NCBI GenBank assembly: GCA_963724325.1
Contig: CAVRUH010000001.1
Span: 608,001-672,000, forward strand
Source: Waddliaceae bacterium
GTDB lineage: Bacteria; Chlamydiota; Chlamydiia; Chlamydiales; Waddliaceae
DNA: 64,000 bases
Reading direction: 5' to 3'
The notes beneath the pieces were generated by a model, which saw only the letters and a list, made by a program, of their open reading frames with translations, was not told where the DNA came from and did no database searches. How positions within the stretch are numbered: position 1 is the first letter of the stretch; each line of letters begins with the position of its first letter. Of this stretch, positions 27,639 through 35,990 are shown in pieces. Made by a program: the position numbers and the translations under genes.

Positions 27639-30191
27639 TTACCCTTTACCAATATGTTTGCTGACGATTCCGGTCATTTTGAACATGCTGATAGGTTCGT
27701 TGCTGCCAAATATTTTGGCTAGCTTTTCATCTGGATTGATTGTTCGCTTGTCTACAGAATCCTGAAGTTTGTTGGCTTTGATGTAATCCCAAAGGCTTTT
27801 CATTACATCACCACGGGTTAGTTCATTACTTCCAACAACTAATGCGAGTTCAGGCGAAAGCTTGCTCGGGTGGGTGACTCGCTTTTTTGCTGGTTTTGCA
27901 GCTTCTTTTTTGCCTTTACCTTTTTTTGTCTCAGCTTTTGCCTTGGTTTTTTTAACGTAAGGAGTTCGAACGTGTTCTGGATATTTTTCCATCAGCTGCG
28001 AGAGATCATTTACGATGACGTCGCATTCTGGGAAGGTAGAACATGAATAAAATGTTTTTCCAAATCTGGATTTTCGAGCAACCATATGCCCGGTGCAATC
28101 AATTGCAGGGCATTCAGGCATATCCTCAACAGGAACCACTTCTTCACCTTTCTTGGGAATATTTACAATACCCTTGCACTCAGGATACCTAACGCATCCC
28201 AAAAATGCTCCATAACGTCCGTGGCGGAGTTTCATTTCAGATTCGCATTTTGGACACTTTTGATCCCAATTGAAATTTTCTGCATAATCTTCCTTCTTGA
28301 AGTTGACTTCTTCGGCAGGTGCAGAATAGCGACAGTCGGGATATCTGGAACATCCATAGAAATATTTCGATTTATACCAAATTTTCTGTAGCTTTGATCC
28401 GCAAGTCGGGCAAATAAGATCAGTCATGATTTTGGGGACAAATCCAGAGGTTTCGGCAGTATCTAATGTAGGCTTGAAATCCTTCCAGAAATCGCTGAGG
28501 ATTTGTTTCCAGTCTTTTTCATTAGAGGCTACTTTTTCTAAATCGTCCTCCATTCCAGCAGTGAATCCAATATCCATAATCTTTTGGAAATTGGCTTCTA
28601 AGAGCTCGGCAATAACTCGTCCTAATTCGGTAGGTTTCAAACGGCCGCTCTCTTTAATTGTGTAGTCTCGGCTTTGAATTTTATTCATAATCGAAGCATA
28701 AGTCGATGGGCGTCCGATTCCTAATCTTTCCAGTTCCTTAACTAGCGATGCTTCAGTATACCGTGGAGGTGGTCTTGTAAAGGCTTGATCTGAAGTCAGT
28801 TCAAGTAAAATTAGTTCTTTACCAGCTTCCAAAGGAGGTAACGTGCGACTTTCATCCTGATCGGCATCTTCGTCATTTTTCTCTTCGTACGCGGCGAGAA
28901 ATCCATTGAATTTCATGACTGATCCTGTAGCGCGGACAATTATGTCATTGCCAACATCAATATCAGCAGAAACTGTGTCATAGATGGCGGGCTTCATTTG
29001 CGAGGCAACAAAACGCATCCAGATTAGTTTATATAATTGAAATTGTTCACGCGTGAGGAAGTCTTTAATGGTTTCAGGTGGATACATGAGACTTGCAGGG
29101 CGTATTGCTTCGTGAGCATCTTGAGCACTCTTTTTTGTTGTATATACACGCGGCTCTTCGTCCAAATATTCAGGTCCATAGGTTGTTTTGATAAAATCGC
29201 GGACTGCAGGGATCATTTCAGGGGCGATTCTAACGGAGTCAGTACGCATATATGTAATAAGACCTTCGGGACCTTCTTTGCCGAGATCGACACCCTCATA
29301 AAGTCCCTGTGCAATATTCATTGTTTTGGCTGAAGAATATCCAAAATGGCGGCTTGCTTCCTGTTGCAGAGTTGAAGTTATAAAAGGAGCTACAGGATTG
29401 CGCTTCTTTTCTTTTTTCTCGACAGAAAGAACTTTGTAAGGGCCTGCCTTCATTTTGGCAACGATCGCGTCGGCTTCTTCTTTGGTCGGAATTGTAAATA
29501 CATCTTTGCCCGGTATTGGTTCTTTTTCGATCCTTTTCCCACCGACGGAGTACAAATGGGCTTTAAAAGAACGTTCATCTTCTTTGGTTTTTAAGATGGC
29601 TCCTAAATTCCAGTATTCAACAGGCTTAAAAGCTTCGATTTCTTTTTCTCGATCGACGACAAGTTTAAGAGCAACCGATTGCACTCTTCCTGCTGACACA
29701 AAGCCTTCTCTTCCACGTTGGATTCTTCGGTTCAGAATGGGGGAAATCTTGTAGCCTACGATTCTGTCGAGCATCCTTCTAGCCTGTTGAGCATTTACAA
29801 GAGCTTGATCGATTTCACGAGGTTCATCTAAAGCTTTCAGCACGGCGTCTTTTGTAATGGAATTGAATGAAATTCTTTTAATAACAGTATCTTCCGGCAA
29901 AATCTGTGTGATATGCCAGGCGATAGCTTCTCCTTCGCGGTCGGGGTCGGGGGAGAGATAGACGGTATCACACTCTTTAGCTGCCTTTTGCAGGGCCTTG
30001 ATCACCTTTTCTTTATCGGGCATAGTCACATATTTCGGCTCGAAATTGTTCTCGAGGTCGATGCCGAATTCTTTTTCCGGCAGGTCTCTAATGTGTCCGA
30101 TAGAGGACTCAAAGAGGTATTTAGACCCCAAAAACTTCTTAAGGGTTTTTATTTTCGCCGGTGATTCGACGATTATTAATGACTTTCCCAT
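27639..30191 (-). CDS. topA: DNA topoisomerase I with Zn ribbons and C-terminal SWIB domain
   Basis: IVESPAK, DPDREGE, SAGRVQS, ITYMRTDS; C4 ribbons; LWDYIKANKLQD SWIB. Confidence 0.97.
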   Translation of the reverse strand: MGKSLIIVESPAKIKTLKKFLGSKYLFESSIGHIRDLPEKEFGIDLENNFEPKYVTMPDKEKVIKALQKAAKECDTVYLSPDPDREGEAIAWHITQILPEDTVIKRISFNSITKDAVLKALDEPREIDQALVNAQQARRMLDRIVGYKISPILNRRIQRGREGFVSAGRVQSVALKLVVDREKEIEAFKPVEYWNLGAILKTKEDERSFKAHLYSVGGKRIEKEPIPGKDVFTIPTKEEADAIVAKMKAGPYKVLSVEKKEKKRNPVAPFITSTLQQEASRHFGYSSAKTMNIAQGLYEGVDLGKEGPEGLITYMRTDSVRIAPEMIPAVRDFIKTTYGPEYLDEEPRVYTTKKSAQDAHEAIRPASLMYPPETIKDFLTREQFQLYKLIWMRFVASQMKPAIYDTVSADIDVGNDIIVRATGSVMKFNGFLAAYEEKNDEDADQDESRTLPPLEAGKELILLELTSDQAFTRPPPRYTEASLVKELERLGIGRPSTYASIMNKIQSRDYTIKESGRLKPTELGRVIAELLEANFQKIMDIGFTAGMEDDLEKVASNEKDWKQILSDFWKDFKPTLDTAETSGFVPKIMTDLICPTCGSKLQKIWYKSKYFYGCSRYPDCRYSAPAEEVNFKKEDYAENFNWDQKCPKCESEMKLRHGRYGAFLGCVRYPECKGIVNIPKKGEEVVPVEDMPECPAIDCTGHMVARKSRFGKTFYSCSTFPECDVIVNDLSQLMEKYPEHVRTPYVKKTKAKAETKKGKGKKEAAKPAKKRVTHPSKLSPELALVVGSNELTRGDVMKSLWDYIKANKLQDSVDKRTINPDEKLAKIFGSNEPISMFKMTGIVSKHIGKG

Positions 30192-31274
30192 TCATGACTC
30201 CATAATTCTTTTATAAATCTTCCCTGGGTGTTCCCTGATTACTTTCTTCAATACTAAACTCATTAACAAAATATTAATTTTATTAATAGGAAGATTTGCT
30301 AATTTTATAATTTCCTCAATACTAAGTTCTTCTTTAGGCAGTTGCGACAGTAATTTCAGCTCATCCGGTTCCAGTTGAGGCATTTGTTTTGGTATTGTAG
30401 CACATTTATATGTAAATAAGCCATTAAATCTATCAAATATGTCATTTGCGCTCTCAATAAGGTCCGCTTCTCCTCGTTTGATTAGAAGATGATTCCCACT
30501 AAAATTGTCGTTATCGACCCTGCCAGGCAGGGCAAAAAGTTTCCTCTTTTGCTCAAGTGCCTGTCGCATGGTGATCATTGCCCCGCTCTTTTCCGCCGGT
30601 GCTTCAATTAGGAGAGTGCCCAATGTCATACCACTTACAATTCTATTGCGCTGAGGGAAATTTTGTCTGTCGGGTGGGGTATCTGGTGGAAATTCACTAA
30701 TTAAAGCCCCTTTGTCTATGATTCTTTGCGCAAGTCCTGTATTTTCTTGGGGATAAATATTTGCGAGGCCAGATCCAATCACCGCGATTGTTCTACCTGT
30801 AGACAAAGCTCCCTCGTGTGCTTCTGTATCAATTCCTCTAGCTAGTCCGCTAATGACAGTAATCCCTGAAGAGGCAAGATCTTTAGATATTTTATAGGCC
30901 ATGTCTTTTCCGTAAATGCTTGCCTGTCTCGTGCCTACCACTGCGATACTATTTTGATCACAGCCTTTGATTTCACCCTTAACGTACAGAAGAATAGGAT
31001 GATCGGTTAGCTCCAGAAGTCGTTTAGGATATTTTGGGCTTGTGAAGGGGATGATTTCTATATCATGACGTTCTGCCAGTTCTAAGCTTTTTGAGCTTCC
31101 ATTGCCCCACCCTTGCATTACTTTAGGTGTGAACCCAGGGATTTCCTTGATTTCTTTTGGATCAGCCCCTAGTGCTGCGATTGCTGACCCGAAGCGTTGC
31201 AAGAGCAATCGGATTTTGATCGATCCGAGATTAGGGGTATCAGTAAGGCTGACTAAAGCGGCAAGTTCTTTCAA
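30192..31274 (-). CDS. dprA: DNA-processing protein DprA/Smf
   Basis: AVVGTR, ISGLARGID, FPQRNRIVSG; TTG start with GGAG RBS. Confidence 0.95.
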   Translation of the reverse strand: MKELAALVSLTDTPNLGSIKIRLLLQRFGSAIAALGADPKEIKEIPGFTPKVMQGWGNGSSKSLELAERHDIEIIPFTSPKYPKRLLELTDHPILLYVKGEIKGCDQNSIAVVGTRQASIYGKDMAYKISKDLASSGITVISGLARGIDTEAHEGALSTGRTIAVIGSGLANIYPQENTGLAQRIIDKGALISEFPPDTPPDRQNFPQRNRIVSGMTLGTLLIEAPAEKSGAMITMRQALEQKRKLFALPGRVDNDNFSGNHLLIKRGEADLIESANDIFDRFNGLFTYKCATIPKQMPQLEPDELKLLSQLPKEELSIEEIIKLANLPINKINILLMSLVLKKVIREHPGKIYKRIMES

Positions 31275-31354
31275 AATTATTTCTCCGAAACAAAGATACT
31301 TTGCCAATTTTTCTTGAGACAATCAAGCTATTTCTGCACAAAGATGAAAAACAT

Positions 31355-31382
31355 AAAAAAGGCACCCATTTCTGGGTGCCTT
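31355..31382 (-). terminator. Intrinsic terminator
   Basis: AAGGCACCCA-TTTC-TGGGTGCCTT hairpin with A-run on its left (U-tract on minus strand). Confidence 0.8.
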
Positions 31383-31404
31383 AGGATTGGTTATTTCTTT
31401 CTGT

Positions 31405-31590
31405 TTAGAAAGAAACGGTGATTCTGCCTCGAATTCTTACTGGTTCCGTAGAACCTTTCGATTCAGAACCTACAACATATCGTCCATTGACAAGGACTCT
31501 TAACTTCGGTTCAAAATGCGCTTCAATTTGTTCATTGCGTTCTTCTTGTTTCACCTCATCAACAGCGAGTGAGCATGTTTTAGGACTCAC
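31405..31590 (-). CDS. Small hypothetical protein (61 aa)
   Basis: GTG start with GGAG 9 nt upstream; stop 23 nt before the terminator. Confidence 0.5.
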   Translation of the reverse strand: MSPKTCSLAVDEVKQEERNEQIEAHFEPKLRVLVNGRYVVGSESKGSTEPVRIRGRITVSF

Positions 31591-31703
31591 TGGCTAATTC
31601 TCCAGCCTACCCAATGTCGTGGGTAGTTTCCTGAGAACGTCATTTTTTGTAGAATGACAATTCTCTTATGTTTCAACTTCCTGCTTAGGTACTTACCTCA
31701 GCA
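31569..31703 (-). ncRNA. Candidate structured leader/sRNA (five adjacent hairpins)
   Basis: Stems at 31569-31590, 31590-31605, 31607-31626, 31633-31665, 31682-31703. Confidence 0.4.
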
Positions 31704-31717
31704 AGGTTTGTTTCTAA

Positions 31718-31768
31718 TTAATTTTCCAAATGTCCCAAAGGTCGTGGTTTCGAGCGATACAGCCTCAT
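31718..31768 (-). CDS. Candidate leader peptide MRLYRSKPRPLGHLEN
   Basis: AGGAGGTG Shine-Dalgarno immediately upstream of ATG. Confidence 0.35.
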   Translation of the reverse strand: MRLYRSKPRPLGHLEN

Positions 31769-31917
31769 GTCACCTCCTCTTTGCTCTTTCGTTCCACTTT
31801 TTTTAGGCGCTAAATCTACCAGATATTCTCTCAGAATTTCTGGTTAAGGTCAACATTTTTTTAATATATTGCCTTAACAATTTTGTGTATCATTATCTGA
31901 ATAATGATGCAACTAAA

Positions 31918-32655
31918 TTATTTATTCCTTTGTGCGATATAATCGGATAACTTGATGCCGCCACTTTCCAATTGATTATTTATTAGTTTAAAAGCATCTG
32001 AATTCGAATAACTGTTCCATTCCTGCCAGGTTTTAAGTTCTTCATTTTTGTTTCCCAATGCCTGTTGTAATAAGGCGATGCGCAGTAAATTGTATGCGAA
32101 TAGAGTGCTTTTTGGGGTTTGGTCCTGAAGAACGGTCTTCAACTTTTGGGCTTGAGTAAGTGCTTCCTGGTATTGTTCTTTTTCAATGAATAAAGATGTT
32201 CTTGCAAAGTCTTGATACAGCGGTAGGTGATTTGATCCAGTTCTTTTAAGGCTTTGATCTGCATAGGTTTGTGCATCATTTGCCTTCCCAGCTGCAATAA
32301 ACGCTTGAGCAATGGGTGCATCGTATTTGGAATTCAATTCTGGATACTTGCTTAAAAGTTGATGCAGTTTTGTAATTGCTTCATTTTGTGAAAGATCGGT
32401 ATCCACCCCGAGAATTGCACGTTGGATATTAACAAATTCTGTCTCTGCTTTTATTAGGTCCGCCTCCTTCTGACCAGGCGCTCCCATAGAAAAGCGGGTG
32501 ATTAAAATGATAGCAGCGATAACACCGACAAAAATGTAAAGTAGACTTCTTCTGTTGTCCACAATCCATTGAATAAGAGGGTGTTCGTTTAAAATTTCAG
32601 TGATATGCGGTTTATGATCCATAAGATCCGGCGTAATAATTTCTTTTTTTTTCAT
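31918..32655 (-). CDS. Membrane-anchored helical/TPR-like protein (YfgM-like)
   Basis: Single TM (LLYIFVGVIAAIILI) then helical repeats. Confidence 0.7.
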   Translation of the reverse strand: MKKKEIITPDLMDHKPHITEILNEHPLIQWIVDNRRSLLYIFVGVIAAIILITRFSMGAPGQKEADLIKAETEFVNIQRAILGVDTDLSQNEAITKLHQLLSKYPELNSKYDAPIAQAFIAAGKANDAQTYADQSLKRTGSNHLPLYQDFARTSLFIEKEQYQEALTQAQKLKTVLQDQTPKSTLFAYNLLRIALLQQALGNKNEELKTWQEWNSYSNSDAFKLINNQLESGGIKLSDYIAQRNK

Positions 32656-32722
32656 TGCTCTACAAAGCCCCTTTTGGTAGATAATGATAATCTTTGATAT
32701 ATTATTGTAAAGGGAAAAAGGT

Positions 32723-33511
32723 ATGAACGGAAATGTTGTCCAGGTGGAGTTATCGAAAATCACGGTAAATCCTTTTCAGCCAAGAAGACAGTTCTCCCAG
32801 GCGGAACTCGAAGAGCTTGCTCAGTCTATCCAATCAGTGGGACTTATTCATCCTCCGGTGGGACGGCCCATTGACGGAGGAACTCGATACGAAATTATTT
32901 CAGGAGAGAGACGTTTTCGTGCGGCGCAAATGGCAGGGTTGCATTCAATTCCTCTTTTAGTGCGTGAAGGGGAAGACGTTTTTTCTGCTGAAGCCTCATT
33001 GGTAGAAAATATTCAACGGGTTGATCTAAATTCGATAGAAATTGCTAAGGCATTGCAGGCTTTGATCGATGATTTTGGCCATAACCAAGAAGAATTATCA
33101 AGAAGAGTAGGCAAAAAGCGGTCTACGGTAGCGAATTATTTACGTCTACTCAGCCTCCCAAAAGGGATCCAGGACAGTTTGCTTACTGGCAATATTTCGA
33201 TGGGCCATGCGAAAGCGATTCTTTCTTTAGAGGGCTTTGAAAGACAACTGATTCTGCACGAACGGATTATCAAAGAGGAAATGTCTGTTCGTGAAGCAGA
33301 GATTGCCGCGCAAAGAGGAGTTGTTAAAAAGGAAAACAAAGCAAAAGCTCCTGCGGAAAGCGACGTTTATTTACTCGACATACAAGATAGGATTCAACAG
33401 AGAATGGGAACAAAGGTCATTGTCGAGGGGAAGGGAAAGCAGGGAAAAATAACGATAGACTACTATGATTTGGACGATCTTGACAGATTGCTTGAAATTT
33501 TTGGAATTTAG
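32723..33511 (+). CDS. parB: Chromosome partitioning protein ParB
   Basis: NPFQPRR, SGERRFRA, ENIQR, RSTVANYLRLL HTH. Confidence 0.96.
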   Translation: MNGNVVQVELSKITVNPFQPRRQFSQAELEELAQSIQSVGLIHPPVGRPIDGGTRYEIISGERRFRAAQMAGLHSIPLLVREGEDVFSAEASLVENIQRVDLNSIEIAKALQALIDDFGHNQEELSRRVGKKRSTVANYLRLLSLPKGIQDSLLTGNISMGHAKAILSLEGFERQLILHERIIKEEMSVREAEIAAQRGVVKKENKAKAPAESDVYLLDIQDRIQQRMGTKVIVEGKGKQGKITIDYYDLDDLDRLLEIFGI

Positions 33512-33550
33512 TTATCGCGAAAAATTTCTTTTGTGGTAGTATGGTTCCCT

Positions 33551-34177
33551 ATGAAACTGACCATATCAAGCCAACAATATGAATATTTTGAAGAGCATCA
33601 TGTCATTGAGCTCGAGGGATTAATGACGCATGCAGACGTTTTTTCCCTTTATGAAGGTATTGAGATGGTTATCTCGACCCGCTTAAAGTGTTCCATCGAA
33701 AATATAAAAAAACAGACTCCTGAAGAGGTTTTTTTAGCGAGCGGGGATCTTTGGAGGTCGAATTTGGCTATCCGTAAATTAATCACTTCCCCCCGTCTTT
33801 CGAGCATTGCGTCCATTCTATTAAAGGAAAAACCTGTCCGCCTAGGGTACGATTTGTATATAGAACCGACTAATGCTTCATTTTTACAAACACTTCGTCC
33901 TTTTGGTGAGATTAACTGCATTCAAGGTTTTATTGGAGGGATGTGCATCTGTCTTGAAGGAGAAAAAGAGGGGAATATCAAGGTCTTTAGTCCGGAATTC
34001 TCTATGGATTCCCATCAAATGTTCGATGGAAAACCGTTTGTTCTAATTACTTATTGTCAGGCATCTTCAATATACCTGCGGAAGCTGGCAGATCCTATGT
34101 CACAGCGCCTTAGGGATCTTGGTTATACCTATGGAGACAGACTCTCCGATGATCTTAATCCCATTGTTTTCAAATAA
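33551..34177 (+). CDS. Conserved hypothetical protein (possibly degenerate PhyH-like fold)
   Basis: Follows parB; DLWRS, PVRLGYD, GDRLSD..NPI blocks. Confidence 0.65.
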   Translation: MKLTISSQQYEYFEEHHVIELEGLMTHADVFSLYEGIEMVISTRLKCSIENIKKQTPEEVFLASGDLWRSNLAIRKLITSPRLSSIASILLKEKPVRLGYDLYIEPTNASFLQTLRPFGEINCIQGFIGGMCICLEGEKEGNIKVFSPEFSMDSHQMFDGKPFVLITYCQASSIYLRKLADPMSQRLRDLGYTYGDRLSDDLNPIVFK

Positions 34178-34201
34178 GCCTGCATGCTATATGTTTGGTA
34201 A

Positions 34202-34969
34202 ATGAGAACTTTATTTGTTGCGATAATTTTTGGATTATTATTTATACCCAATAATGGAAGAGCAGCCGATTTAATTTCAATTATTGTCGTTGATACACTC
34301 GATTACACAGTTGGCAGGACAGTAGAAAATGATTATGCAAATATGGACTATTTTCTTTCGAAAGTTTCAAGAAACACCAATTTAAAAAGAAAAGAGATTG
34401 TATGTAAAGGTTATAGTGTTGTGGCCTGTGACGTACTCGATAAAATTAATAGTCTAGAAGTGGATCCACAGGACGTGGTTGTATTCTACTTTTCTGGACA
34501 CGGCTATCGAACTACGTCGAAGAAAAATAATCCATGGCCATATCTTTATTTTTCATTGTATCATGAAGGAATCGATTATGAACACGTTCTAAATATACTT
34601 CAGGAAAAAAATCCTCGTCTTCTTATTGTGATCGCAGATGCATGCAATAATTATATCTCGGAAAATGGGGCTCCAATAGTAGTTGAAGCAGCAAGGTCTG
34701 GGAGAAAAATCAAAGGAAAAACTATTGATAACTACAACAACCTGTTCATGAAAACGAGCGGGTCGTTGTTTATAACAAGTTCAAAATCTGGGCATCGTTC
34801 GTACGCTACAATGGAAGGTGGATTTTATACAAATTCTTTTCTCATTAGTTTTTATGAAGAAGTAGAAAATTCAAACGCTGCTGATTGGGAATCTATCATA
34901 GAACGAGCTGCCTTTCAAATAGTCAGTTTACAGGTCCCATTTCATGTCATGGAAATGACAAACTTATGA
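34202..34969 (+). CDS. Secreted caspase-family (C14, metacaspase-like) peptidase
   Basis: FYFSGHG and IADACN His-Cys dyad, GGFYT; signal peptide. Confidence 0.85.
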   Translation: MRTLFVAIIFGLLFIPNNGRAADLISIIVVDTLDYTVGRTVENDYANMDYFLSKVSRNTNLKRKEIVCKGYSVVACDVLDKINSLEVDPQDVVVFYFSGHGYRTTSKKNNPWPYLYFSLYHEGIDYEHVLNILQEKNPRLLIVIADACNNYISENGAPIVVEAARSGRKIKGKTIDNYNNLFMKTSGSLFITSSKSGHRSYATMEGGFYTNSFLISFYEEVENSNAADWESIIERAAFQIVSLQVPFHVMEMTNL

Positions 34970-35667
34970 AAATTATAGATACTGGTCCTGACACAGCTCA
35001 GAAAAATATGGATATCGATGCGTGCCTTTTAAAAGAACTTGAAAACTTTTCAGAACCTATTCTACATTTTTACGACTGGAAGTCACCAAGCGCTACTTAT
35101 GGGTATTTTACAAAACCTGAGCAGCATCTTAAGGACTTGCAAAGACTGGATTTAGCAAGAAGACCTACTGGAGGAGGTATTATTTTTCACGTTACAGATT
35201 TTGCCTTTTCATTTTTATTGCCTGTGAAACACCCCCGCTTTTCAGCCAATACTTTGGAGAACTATAAATATGTAAATAATGCAGTTCTGAATGTTATTGA
35301 AAAGTTATTTATGAGTGAAAATCCTACGCTTTTGGAGAAAAATGAGTCCACAATGAATTCTCCAAAGTTCTGCATGGCAAATCCGACTGTATATGATGTG
35401 ATGCTGCATGGAAAAAAAGTGGGAGGAGCTGCTCAAAGGCGTACCAAGGATGGTTTTTTGCATCAAGGTAGCATTCTGCTTGCAATGCCATCTGATTCAT
35501 TTCTAGATGAGATGCTGCGCGATCCTAATATCTCTTCATCAATGAAATTAAACAGTTTTCCGCTTTTGGAAGAAAAGGTCAATAAAGATTTTCTTGATGA
35601 TGCTAAAAGCATGCTTAAGTGTGGTCTTAAAGACTATTTAGGGAATATGCAGCCTCTCAAGCAATAA
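34966..35667 (+). CDS. lplA: Lipoate-protein ligase A family protein
   Basis: NMDID, RRPTGGGIIFH, KKVGGAAQRR, LHQGS. Confidence 0.88.
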   Translation: MKIIDTGPDTAQKNMDIDACLLKELENFSEPILHFYDWKSPSATYGYFTKPEQHLKDLQRLDLARRPTGGGIIFHVTDFAFSFLLPVKHPRFSANTLENYKYVNNAVLNVIEKLFMSENPTLLEKNESTMNSPKFCMANPTVYDVMLHGKKVGGAAQRRTKDGFLHQGSILLAMPSDSFLDEMLRDPNISSSMKLNSFPLLEEKVNKDFLDDAKSMLKCGLKDYLGNMQPLKQ

Positions 35668-35717
35668 ATCACGAAATGATAAAATCACTACTATTCTCAC
35701 ACATATGCCAGAACAGC

Positions 35718-35885
35718 ATTTCCAAGAACTTTTTCAACGCAAAGGCGCTAAGGCGCAAAGATAGAGAAAGATTATTCTTTTTTTTATGTTGATAAAGATA
35801 TTAGAAGTTTATAAATCATCCCCTTTTTCTTCCTTTGCGACATTGCGCCTTTTGCTCCCTTGCGTTGAAAAAATTTTTTGAAATA
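35718..35885. repeat. Imperfect inverted repeat built of CGCAAAG-like units
   Basis: TTTTTCAACGCAAAGGCGCTAAGGCGCAAAG ... CTTTGCGACATTGCGCCT...TTGCGTTGAAAAA. Confidence 0.75.
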
Positions 35886-35931
35886 CGATCCGAGCCTTTA
35901 CATTTGAAAAATATGAAATTGATAATTCAGC

Positions 35932-35960
35932 TTGCCGGGTAACATGGGATTTGGTACGAT
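35932..35960 (+). promoter_or_regulatory. Sigma66-like promoter TTGCCG-N17-TACGAT
   Basis: 17-nt spacer, extended TG, 30 nt before start codon. Confidence 0.5.
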
Positions 35961-35990
35961 TTTAGTACAATAGAATTGTTAGGAGCACCC

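Noticed and set aside
27639..27860. SWIB domain fused to TopA as a novelty
   Set aside because: Established feature of chlamydial TopA; used only as a taxonomic clue
31818..31844. Palindrome near parB as a parS site
   Set aside because: Does not match the TGTTTCACGTGAAACA consensus; kept only as part of the 31.4-31.8 kb finding
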